This document shows, piece after piece, positions 13,411 to 24,605 of a stretch of DNA of 64,000 bases. Numbering within the stretch: position 1 is the stretch's first letter; each line of letters starts with the position of its first letter. The position numbers and the translations under genes were made by a program. The notes under the pieces are model-generated. The model had not been told where the DNA came from and searched no databases. It was given only the letters and a program-made list of their open reading frames with translations. The DNA lies in assembly GCA_964016885.1 (NCBI GenBank), contig OZ024743.1, positions 237,708,001-237,772,000 on the forward strand, written 5' to 3'. Origin of the DNA: Eledone cirrhosa (Eukaryota).

Positions 13411-14832
13411 GTGCATTTATTGTGTAGATCACCACCATTTGGGAGGTTGTCAGGGCCATGACACAATTGAAGAGTCCTTATAACCGCTCATTTGGCAAGC
13501 TTTCTGTGGCTGGGCGCCCTTCTTATTACCATCCAGTTTAGTGTTTACTGGGTGCATTTATCATGTAGATCACCAACACTAGAGGGATTGTTGTGTCATT
13601 GATACAACTGAGGGGTCCTCTCAATTCTTTTAGGTATGGTTTCTACAGAGGAGTGCCCTTCCTGTTGCCAACCATCCTACATGGTGTTCTGGGTGCATTA
13701 GTGAGAGTATCTAAGAGCTTTGAAGGAGTAATAGCTAAGGAGTGGTACTGTATGGAGGATGACTGCAGAGGTGGTGGGGATAGCTACTGGGGAGTGATAG
13801 TAGAATGGGGTAACGCATGGATGGATCAGGTCATATTGTACTGTATGCTTATAGACGGGTCTTCATCATCACAGCATGTTACAAATAGAAAACTTCAACT
13901 GGAAATGCTCATTTGCTTATAGTGCTAACTTGGCTGGTTATATTTAATTGACTGTAGCACTAAGATAATACTGTGCATAATATACAATATCTTTATGTAC
14001 AGCTGTTGTTTTCTATTTGCTATATGCAAATGAGCATCACCAGCAAATGTTCAATACGCAAAATCTATAAAGGCTCTAGTTTATTTTCCTCTCAGAACTA
14101 ATAAAAAATTAATAAAATTTGAAACAGCTGTCTGGCATTCTCACTGGCTTCTCAGGTATTTTTGACATATTGTTCACAGAACAAAGATGAAAAATACTTT
14201 TTTCATTATGAAAATCTATTTTTTCTTTGATAATGAGGTTTTCAGGCATTTATTATACACAAACATATTATATATGTTATTATATACAACCCTATTATGC
14301 ACGACGCCATCTTAGTGCTACTGCTTCTAAATATATATGTATCATCATCACCGTTTTACGTCCGTTCTTCCATGCTACCATTTTTTTCCACGCTAGCATG
14401 TGTTAGACGAGTTGTCACATTGTGAGATAGGCCAGGTCAGATGACCATGCCTTGCTCATACAGGAACTGATTTTGGCTTGATTTCTACAGTTGGATGGCC
14501 TTCCTAACACCAACCTCATTTACAGTGAGTGCAGGGTGCTTTTTTCCGCAGGCGCCTTCACGTCCACTTTACAGTGTGGGCTGGGTGCTTTTTTGCCGTG
14601 GCACCTCCACGACCACTTTGCAGTGGGAGGGTGTGGGGGCATGTAAATGTATATAAATGTATATATAGAATAAGCATCAAGCATGAAAATGTAATTACTG
14701 AAATCAATATAACTGATTAAAAACATTCAAAAAGGTGCTCCAGTAGGGCCAAAATCTAATGACTGAAACCAGTGAAAGAATTAAAAAAAGAAATATGAAA
14801 TAAAATAGTTACATAAAATATACTTAACTCAC

Positions 14833-15001
14833 TTCCAGGAAAATAAATTGATTATTGGTAAAATGCATACAGTGAGCTCAAGATAATGCCAGTCAGGCAT
14901 GGCATAAGCAATAGCTACTAAAACCATCGATGCAATTGGATATATGGTCATATAAACAAAGCTCACAGGTGTACGGATACTGGAAGAAGAAAATTCTAAA
15001 A
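14833..15001 (-). CDS. SLC22-like coding exon 5 (TM5-6)
   Basis: TTTTACAG| acceptor and AA|GTGAGT donor. Reads LEFSSSSIRTPVSFVYMTIYPIASMVLVAIAYAMPDWHYLELTVCILPIINLFSW; 169 nt. Confidence 0.92.
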
Positions 15002-15370
15002 CTGTAAAATAAAATAAAAAAAGATTATCATATAATTTATATTTTTGAAGAGAAGAGGAAGACAAACAATGGATTGTAGAGTATGATGGGATAGAGCCAG
15101 TGATGAATTTTATGGAGAGAAATGTAATGAGATGGATGGTGCATGTATTGAGGAAGGGTGAAAGTGACTGGATGGGAGAAGTGATAGAAATGGATGTGAT
15201 AGGAAACTGAGGAAGGGGAAGACCAGGAAAGATATGGCTAAAGACAATAGAGGAGGAAAAGTAGACCAGGGGATTAGTGAGAAGGAGTGCAGTCAATAAG
15301 GAAAAAATGGAGTAGCTTGTCATGGGGCCTGCAAGGCTAACCCCTACTTTAGCAGAAGAAATATCCCTAA

Positions 15371-15591
15371 CCCATTAGCATTTAAACTGGCTATATCCAG
15401 CCAGAATTCTCTCACCTCTTTATGTTCAAACCAGCTATAACTGGCCGATCATACTGATGTCAAATTATTATTCTCAAAATAACTAATATCAAAATCTCAT
15501 GGATTCAGTATTATGTGAGATAATTATGTGAGGTAAAGCCTTTTTTGTTAAAATACAATAGTAAATATAGAGTAATATGAATGCTAAAGCT
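15371..15591. mobile_element. piggyBac-type MITE (degenerate copy)
   Basis: Homologous to 48420-48636 (TAGCATTTAAA...CAGAATTCTCTCACCTCTTT), with TTAA at the right end. Confidence 0.6.
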
Positions 15592-15945
15592 TTAATATAC
15601 TTGTTGTTGAATAAGTCCCTATTGTTTTTGAATAATTACACACAATATTCTATTACCTTTATCTCCTCATCCTCCCTTGGGTGTGTATATACTTATAAGG
15701 GCGATTTGATGGAAATCCGCAACTATGTTTTGAAAATTAGCCAGTAACATTGTAATATATTCCTCTGTATTTGAATTCGATTTTTCATGATTGATAATTG
15801 AGGATAGCGATTTCAAGATGACAACAAGGTGATGAAACATATGTAAATGGTAGAAATAAATCCTACTGTACCGCTTATCTGTGTTAATCCTCTTTTTACC
15901 TATTATATATGTATATATATATTTACATGTATAAATATATATATA

Positions 15946-16245
15946 TCATCATCATCATCATCATCATCATCATTTTACGTCCGCTTTTCCCTGCTTGCAA
16001 GGGTGGGACGGGAACTGATTCTGGCTTGATTTCTACAGCTGGATGCCCTTCCTAACACCAACCTCATTTACAGTGAGTGCTGGGTGCTCTTTCGCCGTGG
16101 CATCTCCTTGATCACTTTGCAGTGGAATGATAGGGACCCCAGTCCCTATCATCTCATTTCTACAGCTGAGTAAACTGGAGCAATGTGAAATAAAGTGTCT
16201 TGCTCAAGGAAACAACACACTTTATTTCATATTGCTCCACCTAGT
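15946..16245 (-). mobile_element. SINE (CORE-like body, RTE-derived tail)
   Basis: (CAT)n tail, TTTTACGTCCGCTTTTCCCTGCTTGCAAGGGTGGG, and AAAGTGTCTTGCTCAAGG. Confidence 0.7.
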
Positions 16246-16284
16246 CACATAAAAATATAAAAATATATATATATATATATATAT

Positions 16285-17288
16285 AGGAGTTTAAGACTGG
16301 CTGTCCATGGGAACTTCTCTATGCTGACGATCTGGTTCTTATAGCAGAATCAGTGGAGGAGCTGGAGAATAAATTCTGGCTATGGAAACAGCAGTTGGAA
16401 TCAAGAGGACTGAGAGTGAACCTAGCTAAGACAAAAGTGTTGATGAGTAGAAAAGAGGACAAAACTCTGACTCCGTCAGGGGAATGGCCATGTTCGATAT
16501 GCAGAAAAGGAACTGGCATAAATTCTATAAAATGTACACAATGCAGATCTTGGGTACACAAGAGATGTAGTGGGATAGCAGGCAAACTAACAGGTAGGGA
16601 GAAATATGTATGCAGTAGATGTACAGGGAAATTTGACAGTAGAAGTCGCATTGATAGACACATTTTTGAAATGCTGGTGGGTGCTATAGAAGTGGTTGAT
16701 AGCTTCTGGTACCTATGTGATCAGATTAGCATGGGAGGGGAGTGTTCCGAGGCCATAGTATCTAGAATAAGGACAGGTTGGAAGAAGTTTAGGGAGCTGC
16801 TTCCTCTGCTGATGAAGAACAGTTTCTCCCTGCATACAAAAGGCCAGTTATATGATGCCTGTGTGAGGTGTGCGATGCTACATGGTAGTGAGACATGGGC
16901 AGCAACTGCAGAGGATATGCGATGGCTGTAAAAAAATGAAGCAAGTATGTTCCGTTGGATGTGCAATGTCAATGTGCATGAACGGCCGAGCGAGAGAGAA
17001 ACTGTGTTTCAGAGGGATAAATTGTAGTGTTCGGGAGAGGAGAGTCTGATGGTATGGACATGTGATGCGCATGGAGGATGACCGATAGGTGAAGTAGTGC
17101 CAAGAAATGCCAGTTGAAGGAAGATGTAGTATAGGAAGACCACGATAAACATGGGCGGAGGTGGTGAGAGCAGACCTCAAACCAGTGAAGCTCACGGTGG
17201 AGATGAAGGGCTGTGACAAGTGGAGAGATGCTATCCTGAATAGGACCCGTCCCACCTTTGCAAGCAGGGAAAAGCGGACGTAAAATGA

Positions 17289-17291
<3 letters not shown>
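16285..17291 (+). mobile_element. 5'-truncated RTE-clade LINE with PHD-like finger
   Basis: WELLYADDL, GLRVNLAKTKV, CSIC...CTQC..WVHKRC...CSRC, MLHGSETWA, GRPR; ends GGACGTAAAATGATGA. Inserted in (TA)n. Confidence 0.88.
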
Positions 17292-17356
<65 letters not shown>

Positions 17357-17488
17357 ATGCAATGAAGAAATATATTAGTTTTATGCTTGAGATAGTAGGA
17401 AAATAGAATGTGAAATTAAGTGGAGAGTGGGCAGTGACAGAAACGAAAAAAATTTCTTTGAGAAAAAACAGTTTGGAGAATAACTTAC

Positions 17489-17643
17489 TCAGTGAATACA
17501 GGGTCAACACAATACCAATAATTGCAGCAGCATGAATACAATGAAGAACCATAAAAATAGTTAATGAGGGTATGAAGATTTTACCAGTTCCAAAAATAGT
17601 TACACATGAACTTGCCAGGAGAAATATGGGTTTGCGACCAAAT
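17489..17643 (-). CDS. SLC22-like coding exon 4 (TM3-4)
   Basis: TTTTCCCTATAG|A acceptor and A|GTAAGT donor. Reads (R)FGRKPIFLLASSCVTIFGTGKIFIPSLTIFMVLHCIHAAAIIGIVLTLYSL; 155 nt; completes the MFS motif LADRFGRK. Confidence 0.93.
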
Positions 17644-18009
17644 CTATAGGGAAAACAGAATGTAATCTTAATTACATATATTCAATAGAGAATGGAAACC
17701 TCATTAAAAATAAATTTTCGATTAATGGTGAATTGAACTCCATTGTTATATTTCTAATGAAAGATACTGCTTAGGATTTGAAAATGATTTTGGAATTAAT
17801 CAGGAATTTAGAAGGGTTTAATGATATAGAGGTAGATATCTCATTTGGAATGCCACAGTCAGTGACTCTTTTGCTCCTTCCCACATCCTAGATGTTGTGG
17901 TAAAAATGAGGGTCACTGCTTCTGTAGCTGAAAGGAATAAAATTAAATGGTGGTGATGATGATGATGATGATACATATATATATATATTATCATCACCAT
18001 CTCCACCCT

Positions 18010-18810
18010 CATCATTTAACATCCATTTTTTTCCACGCTAGCATGTGTTAGACGAGTTGTCACATTATGAGATAGGCCAGGTCAGATGACCATGTCTTGC
18101 TCAGACAGAACTGATTTGGGCTTGGTTTTTACAGCTGGATGCCCTTCCTAATGCCAACCACATTTACAGTGTGAACTGTATGTTTTTTTTTGTGACATCT
18201 ACACGACCACTTTATAATGTGGGTTGGGTGCCTTTTTGTCATGATACCTACATGATCACTTTACAGTATGGGCTGGATGCTTTTTGTCATGATACCTACA
18301 TGATCACTTTAAAGTGTGGGCTGGGCACTTTTTGTTGTGTCACCATCACAACCACTTTACAGTGTGTGTTGGGGACTTTGGTAGGGGAGATGTGTGGGGA
18401 CTGGGGAGATGGGTGTAGCGGCATGTGTGAGGAGGCGGATTGTTAGGACATGGGTGGGGTATTATGACGTGGGAGGTGTATGGAAGGGGGATGGAGGTGA
18501 AGGTGGTGCATACGAGATGTATGCTTAGGCTGTGCTCATTACTGCATAATGCCAGAGATCTCGGTCCTATGTCATCGAATTTGGGAGATGCAGTTGTGCA
18601 AGGTCAGTTTTTATCACCTCATTCCAAATCTTCCCGGGTATTCCTACTCCATAGCTTTCATCAACTTTGAGTGCCTGGTACATTTTTATACGGCTGTCAT
18701 TCTTCATACACATCACATGTCCATACTAACACAATCTCCTCTCCTGCACAATGCATGTAATTCCTCTTATGCCTAGTTTCTCTTTCAGTTTGTATATGCT
18801 TTGCTGTTAG
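18010..18810 (-). mobile_element. RTE 3' fragment with SINE-shared tail
   Basis: Same modules as 12604-13410 and 53072-53700. Confidence 0.65.
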
Positions 18811-18861
18811 ATCCCATTAAGGGTGAAAGCAGCGATTCTTTGCTTAAACTTTAATCTGTTA

Positions 18862-18937
<76 letters not shown>

Positions 18938-19144
18938 GTCAATATGCTCAGAGATAGATCAATATAGACATAGAAAGAGATTGAACATGAAGACTTGCCT
19001 CAAAATGTATTAGAAGGAGGCCCTAACATCCATTGTTGATTGATACACATTACTTAGAGTTGAATTGATATTTTCTTTCATTTTGATTTTGTATTTCTAT
19101 GTGAAATATTTATGTAATTATGTATTGTATATATTATTTGTGCA

Positions 19145-19466
19145 TGGTACACGCTGAAGCATATAGACAATATGCTCCCACACTCCCCCACTGCAAGGTG
19201 GTTGTGGAGGTGCCACGGCAAAAAAGCACCCAGCCCACACTGTAAAGTGGATGTGTAGGCGCCACGAAAAAGCACCCAGCACTCACTGTAAATGAGGTTG
19301 GTGTTAGGAAAGGCATCCAGCTGTAGAAATCAAGCCAAATTAGTTCCTGTATGGGCAAGGCATGGTCAGCCGACCAGACACTGCCCACAACAGGACAACC
19401 CGTCTAACCCATGCTAGCGTGGAAGAACGGACGTAAAACGGTGATGATGATGATGATGATGATGAT
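19145..19466 (+). mobile_element. RTE/SINE 3' tail segment
   Basis: AAAAGCACCCAG repeats, GGCATCCAGCTGTAGAA, ACCCATGCTAGCGTGGAAGAACGGACGTAAAACGG(TGA)n. Confidence 0.7.
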
Positions 19467-20289
19467 TATGTCTGTCCACACTTTGAAAATGTTCTGTATA
19501 TATTATTATTTGGTTATTTTCCCAACGTATATTTCACTTATTTTCGAAATAAACTACGTTAGTATATTCTCACCCCGTTCTCTCACCATCTACCTATTTG
19601 AAATCATCTCAAACTCACACCATTCTAGCCTTTCATTCATTCATTCGGTGGTTGCCTATGAATTAAGACGGCTTTTGATTTTCCTCTGAATTTGTAAAGA
19701 TTTCAACTTATCCCAGCCATCCATAGGATATTTGGTTTCTTTCAGGTATCTATGTCCACACTTTGAAAATGTTCTGTACACCTTATTATTTGTTTATTTT
19801 CCCAAAGTATATTTCGACTATTTTCGAAATAAACCATGTTGGTATATTCTCCCCCTCTCACTCTCCAACTCTACATATTCGAACTCATCCCAATCAATCT
19901 ATCATTTAGTCAGTGACTGTCTTCGAAATTCTCACACCTTGTCGAATATGCCTACTTGTATCTGCTCATTTCCCCCGAATCTTCCGCCATGATATATATA
20001 ATGATGGCTACCTATCTCACAATTTCCTGTCCGCCCACTCCCACTCACCACCATAGACTTTGCGACCAATCAAACCACAGCAACATATCCTCACCCATTA
20101 CCTATGCCAACAAATTCTGCCATTACTACTACCGTCTTTTCTATCCCTACCCTGAAGAAATTCTTGTTTATCATTATCTATGGATGAGCTGAGGATGATG
20201 GAACAACCCCAAATAAATAATCCACGAGTTACCAAGTATCCCTGCGAAAGCTTTAATTCAGAGACAGAAAGCATACACATTCCCCCGCA

Positions 20290-22868
20290 AACCCACCCCA
20301 CCAGTGATGACAAATGCCCAAAACTCTGAGTTGGCACCATCAATGTGAGCACAATGAAAGGAAGAGCAAGAGAAATCGTAGAGAAGTTAGACCAAATGGA
20401 AATTGATGTATGTCGTGTGCAAGAGACTAGAGGGAGAGGAGAGTCTGCTAGAGTCCTTGTAGGCAAAAATCATTGTTACAAATTTTTCTGGGTGGAAAAT
20501 GACAATGGGTTGGGTGGTGTAGGCATCTTATTTGCTAACAAATGGGTGGATAAGATAATCTCAGTGAACAGGGTGAACGCAAGAATCATTAAATTCAGAC
20601 TAGTCTTGAATAAAACAATTGCTACAATTATATCAGCTTACACACCCCAATCTGGGTTGCCAGACGAACATAAGGATAGGTTTTATGAGTCCTTAATGCA
20701 CACTACAGCCCTAACAAACTATTCAAGATCGTGAGGCAGTGTGTTAGAGAAAATTGTGATGTCATTGGTGAGAAGTGTGTCCAGGATGATAAAGGTGAGC
20801 TTACCCTCACAAGTGTCGAGAAGAAAGCTGTGTGGAAGAGCCATTATGAAAGTTTACTGAATGAGGAGAATTCATGGGAGAAAGGGACGCTACTCCAAGT
20901 GGACCCTATAGAGGGCCAAACAATACAAGTCAGCAGCAGTGTAGTAAGTAAGGCAATTAAGGATATGAAGACTGGGAAAGCAACTGGTCCATTAAGTTTA
21001 GCTGCCGAGATGCTGAAAGCATCTGGGTCGGTAGGTCACACCATAACCACACTTATTGTTAACCAAGTAATACTAGAGAGTGTCATTACAAATGATTGGC
21101 ACAGCACCAACATTGTCAACTGCTACAAGGGTAAAGGAGATACACTAAATAGAAAAAACTATAGAGGCATAACGCTGATGGACCAGGTCATGAAAATAAC
21201 AGAAAGAGTTAGAGCACAGCTGATTGGGGACAGGGTAAATCTAGATCAGATGCAGTTTAAGTTTGTGCCAGGAAAAATGACCACTGATGCGTTCTTCCTT
21301 GTGAAGCAGTTACAGGAAAAGTACCTAGCTAAAAGTAAGCCGCTCTAGCTGGCATTTGTCGATCTGGAAAAAGCCTTCGACAGAATGCCCAGTGCTATAA
21401 TCTAGTAGGCTCTTAGAAAACTAGGAGTAGATGAATGGCTTGTGAAGGCTGTACAAGCCATGTATAGGGGATCAGTCAGCAAAGTTAGGGTTAACAATGA
21501 CCATAGCGAGGAATTTAGCATACAGGTTGGTGTCCAGCAGGGCTCTGTTCTTAGCCCTCTCCTGTTTATTATTGTATTGCAGGCTATAGCAGAGGAGTTT
21601 AAGACCGGATGCCCATGGGAATGTCTGTATGTGGATGATCTTACACTTATAGCTGAATCTATAGTGGAACTAGAGAAGAAATTCCAAACATGGAAGCAGG
21701 ACCTAGAAAGAAGGGATCTGAAAGTCAACCTGACAAAGACTAAGGTCCTAGTAATTAGAAGAGAAAACAGAACCCAGATCCTCTCAGGGAAATGGCCTTG
21801 CTGAGTATGTAGGAAAGGTGTAGGTAGAAATTTCATCCTTTGCCCCATATGCAAACAATGGGTACACAAGAGATGTAGTGGGATGTAAGGACGTTTAGCT
21901 AAGAATGTAAGCTTTACATGTAACAGTTGCACTGGGACAGTAAGCAGTGATTGATCACAAGAAACAAGCACTACAAAATTCTGGGAGGGCTTGGTAGAAA
22001 CAGTAGACAGCTTCTGCTACCTAGGTGACCAAATTAGCAGTGAAGGTGGGTCTTCTGAAAGTACAGTAGCCCGAGTAAGAACGGGATGGAGCAAGTTCAG
22101 GGAGTTACTACCACTGCAAGCTGCAAAAGGGTTTTCCCTCAGAATGAAAAGCCGACTGTATGATGCATGCATACGAACAGCAATGTTGCATGGTAGTGAG
22201 ATTGGGGTGTTGTCCACAAGACTTGTGTAGATTAGAAAGAAATGAAGATTGCATGCTCCGATGGATGTGTAATATATGCGAATGTGTAATATACGCGAAT
22301 GGCAAAGCATAAATGAATTAAGAGAGAGACTAGGCATAAGAGGAATCAAATGTTGTGTGCAGGAGAGGAGATTATGTTGGTATGGATATGTGATGCGTAT
22401 GAAGGAGGACAGCTGCATAAAATGGTGCAGAGCACTAAAAGTCGATGGAAGCCTTGGAGTGGGGAGACCCAAGAAGATCTGGGATGAGGTTATAAAAGCT
22501 GATCTTGCCCAATTGCACCTCTTAAATGCAATGACACAGACTGAGATCTCTGGCGTTACGCAGTAATACAGAGGACCCTACTTCCCATGGGTACAAGCTG
22601 AAGCTAAAGCATATAGACAGTATGCCCCCAGGTGTCATGACAAAAAATCACTCAGTCCACATTGTAAAGTTGTCGTGTAGGTGCCATGATAAAAAGCACC
22701 CAGTACCCACTGTAAATGAGGTTGATGTTAGGAAGGGCATCCAGCTGTAGAAATCAAGCCAAAATCAGTTCTGTATGAGCAAGACATAGTCACCTGACAT
22801 GGCATTGCCCACAACAAGACAACCCGTCTAACTCATGCTAACGCGGAAGAATGGACGTAAAACGGTGA
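20290..22868 (+). mobile_element. Decayed RTE-clade LINE (APE endonuclease, RT, PHD-like finger), internally deleted
   Basis: VGTINVSTMKG...VQETR (APE), NYRGITL, DLEKAFD, GVQQGSVLSP, YVDDL, LHGSE, GRPKK; many stops and frameshifts. Confidence 0.9.
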
Positions 22869-22904
22869 TTATTATTATTATTATTATTTGTTGTTATTAT
22901 TATA

Positions 22905-23095
22905 GTGGATTGGCAGTATCGGTAGAGGTTTGGGCGCCATGCTTTGCAGGATAGAGTTACGCCACTTTATGATCTGAGTTCACCCCCCCCCCCCGGTTAA
23001 CTTTGCCTTTCATCCTTACGGGGTCGATAAAATAAAGTACCAGTAATGTAATGAGTAATTGATGGCCTTGCGCCAAAAGTAGAAACAATTATTAT
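22905..23095 (+). mobile_element. tRNA-headed SINE with Meta/Sauria-like central domain
   Basis: A box TGGCAGTATCGG, B-box remnant GAGTTCA, CTTTGCCTTTCATCCTTACGGGGTCGATAAAATAAAGTACCAG, (ATT) tail. Confidence 0.75.
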
Positions 23096-24094
23096 GAGAC
23101 GGCTGTAACTAAGGCGGAGTAAGTTAGTTAAATTTTTATGAGTTATCGAAAGTTCTATATACTATTTTTTACAACGGTGTGTAGTTAAAGAACCCCTCAT
23201 TCAAAGAAGGTGGTTTTTTAACTGTATCTTGCGCTCTTGAGGGCTAAATTTGCATTTATTTACAATCATAACCCCCAAATTTTGTTTCTAAAAAAACATG
23301 GCGGACAAAAAAAGTGTCCACAGGGAGGAACAGCGGATTGTTTGGATGGTGGAACAGCCGATTCCATCCAATCACAAGGCAAAGTAAAAAAGAAGAGAAA
23401 CAGCAGCGACAGTGACAGTGGTGGTGACAACAGCAGCAGTAATGGAAATTACAACGAAAACTTCCCTGCGTTAGAAAAATCAAACACCACCACCACCCCA
23501 ATAACAACAATAACAATAGCAACAGCCATAAAGAACCCAAGCAGCAACACAGGAAAAAAAAAACACCTACGATGGCAACAAAGACAAAACTAGCGATGGG
23601 TCAACACAAATCAAAACAAACACGTCTTTCGCTAAAGCGACAAACAATTTTGAACAAGTACACACCACCAATGAAGAGATAAAACAAGCAAAGGTATTGA
23701 TTAAAAAGACCGGACACAGGGTAAGTTTCACCCGCCCAGCTGAGATAATAAGAAACAAGGGCACTACAACGGAATTGGCTGTCAGAAGTGAAAGTAGAAG
23801 GATCTGACGTCATTGCGACGTCACTTGTCAACCTTCTCTTTCGTCAACCTTCGTTTATTTCCGTATCACCACGTGTTTTTAATATGTTTATTTACGTTTA
23901 GCATTAACGCTTCGAATATTTCAATTGTCTGTTATTTCTAGCAACTGTAATTTTATTTTTTAAAGTAGAAGAATGTAATTTTCGAGAGTTATGGTACAAT
24001 TAAAACAAAACGATAATATACAATCTTATTTAACACACTAGCTGTTACAATTTTAATAACCCAAGGAAATAACAATAAAGCATATCCATGTAAG

Positions 24095-24120
24095 TTGGTG
24101 GCCCTTAAAAGGGCCGGTGT
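24095..24120 (-). promoter_or_regulatory. Histone mRNA 3' stem-loop motif
   Basis: Minus strand ACACC-GGCCCT-TTTA-AGGGCC-ACCAA: 6-bp stem, 4-nt loop, A/C-rich flanks. Confidence 0.7.
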
Positions 24121-24310
24121 TGTGACATTTTTATTATCTTCATATACATTCTTAGTTTCTTTCTTTAGAAACTTTATATAGATTCTTTATATAAATTCAA
24201 CATCCGTAGTTTAATAATTATAACAGCTTCTCGTATGTCCAATGGGTACCAAATAACCACGTTCTTTTCCAGAGTTATGGTACAATTAAAACAAAATGAT
24301 AATATACAAT

Positions 24311-24605
24311 TATAGCGAAGATACTGGGTTGTATGAATGTAACAAGGAGACATAGTTTGTGTGTATAATATTTAATTAACAATCATGGATATATATATAG
24401 AACAGTATAGTTGACATGTCAATGAAATAGATGAAAGAATGAAGCAAAGTTAGTAGTTACCGTTTTGATTGCCAGGCAAACGGCAAGGGCAAATGAGAGG
24501 GAGAGAGCCGAAAGCTATTCGTTTTATAGGGCTCTGCCGGAAGTTACAGAAAGGGTTCTACTTCCCGTCTAGATGTTAGTCACAACAAGGGAGGCTACTG
24601 CTACA
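24311..24605 (-). mobile_element. Solo LTR (Gypsy-like)
   Basis: Termini TATAGC...GCTACA (TG..CA with one change) and 4-bp TSD CAAT. It splits a sequence seen uninterrupted at about 23985-24050. TATAAAA and ATTAAA lie on the minus strand. Confidence 0.7.

Noticed and set aside
18190-18370. CRISPR-like array (ACCACTTTACAGTGTGGGCTGG, about 46-bp period)
   Set aside because: Tandem subrepeats of the SINE/RTE 3' region; spacers are not unique, there are no cas genes, and the DNA is eukaryotic.
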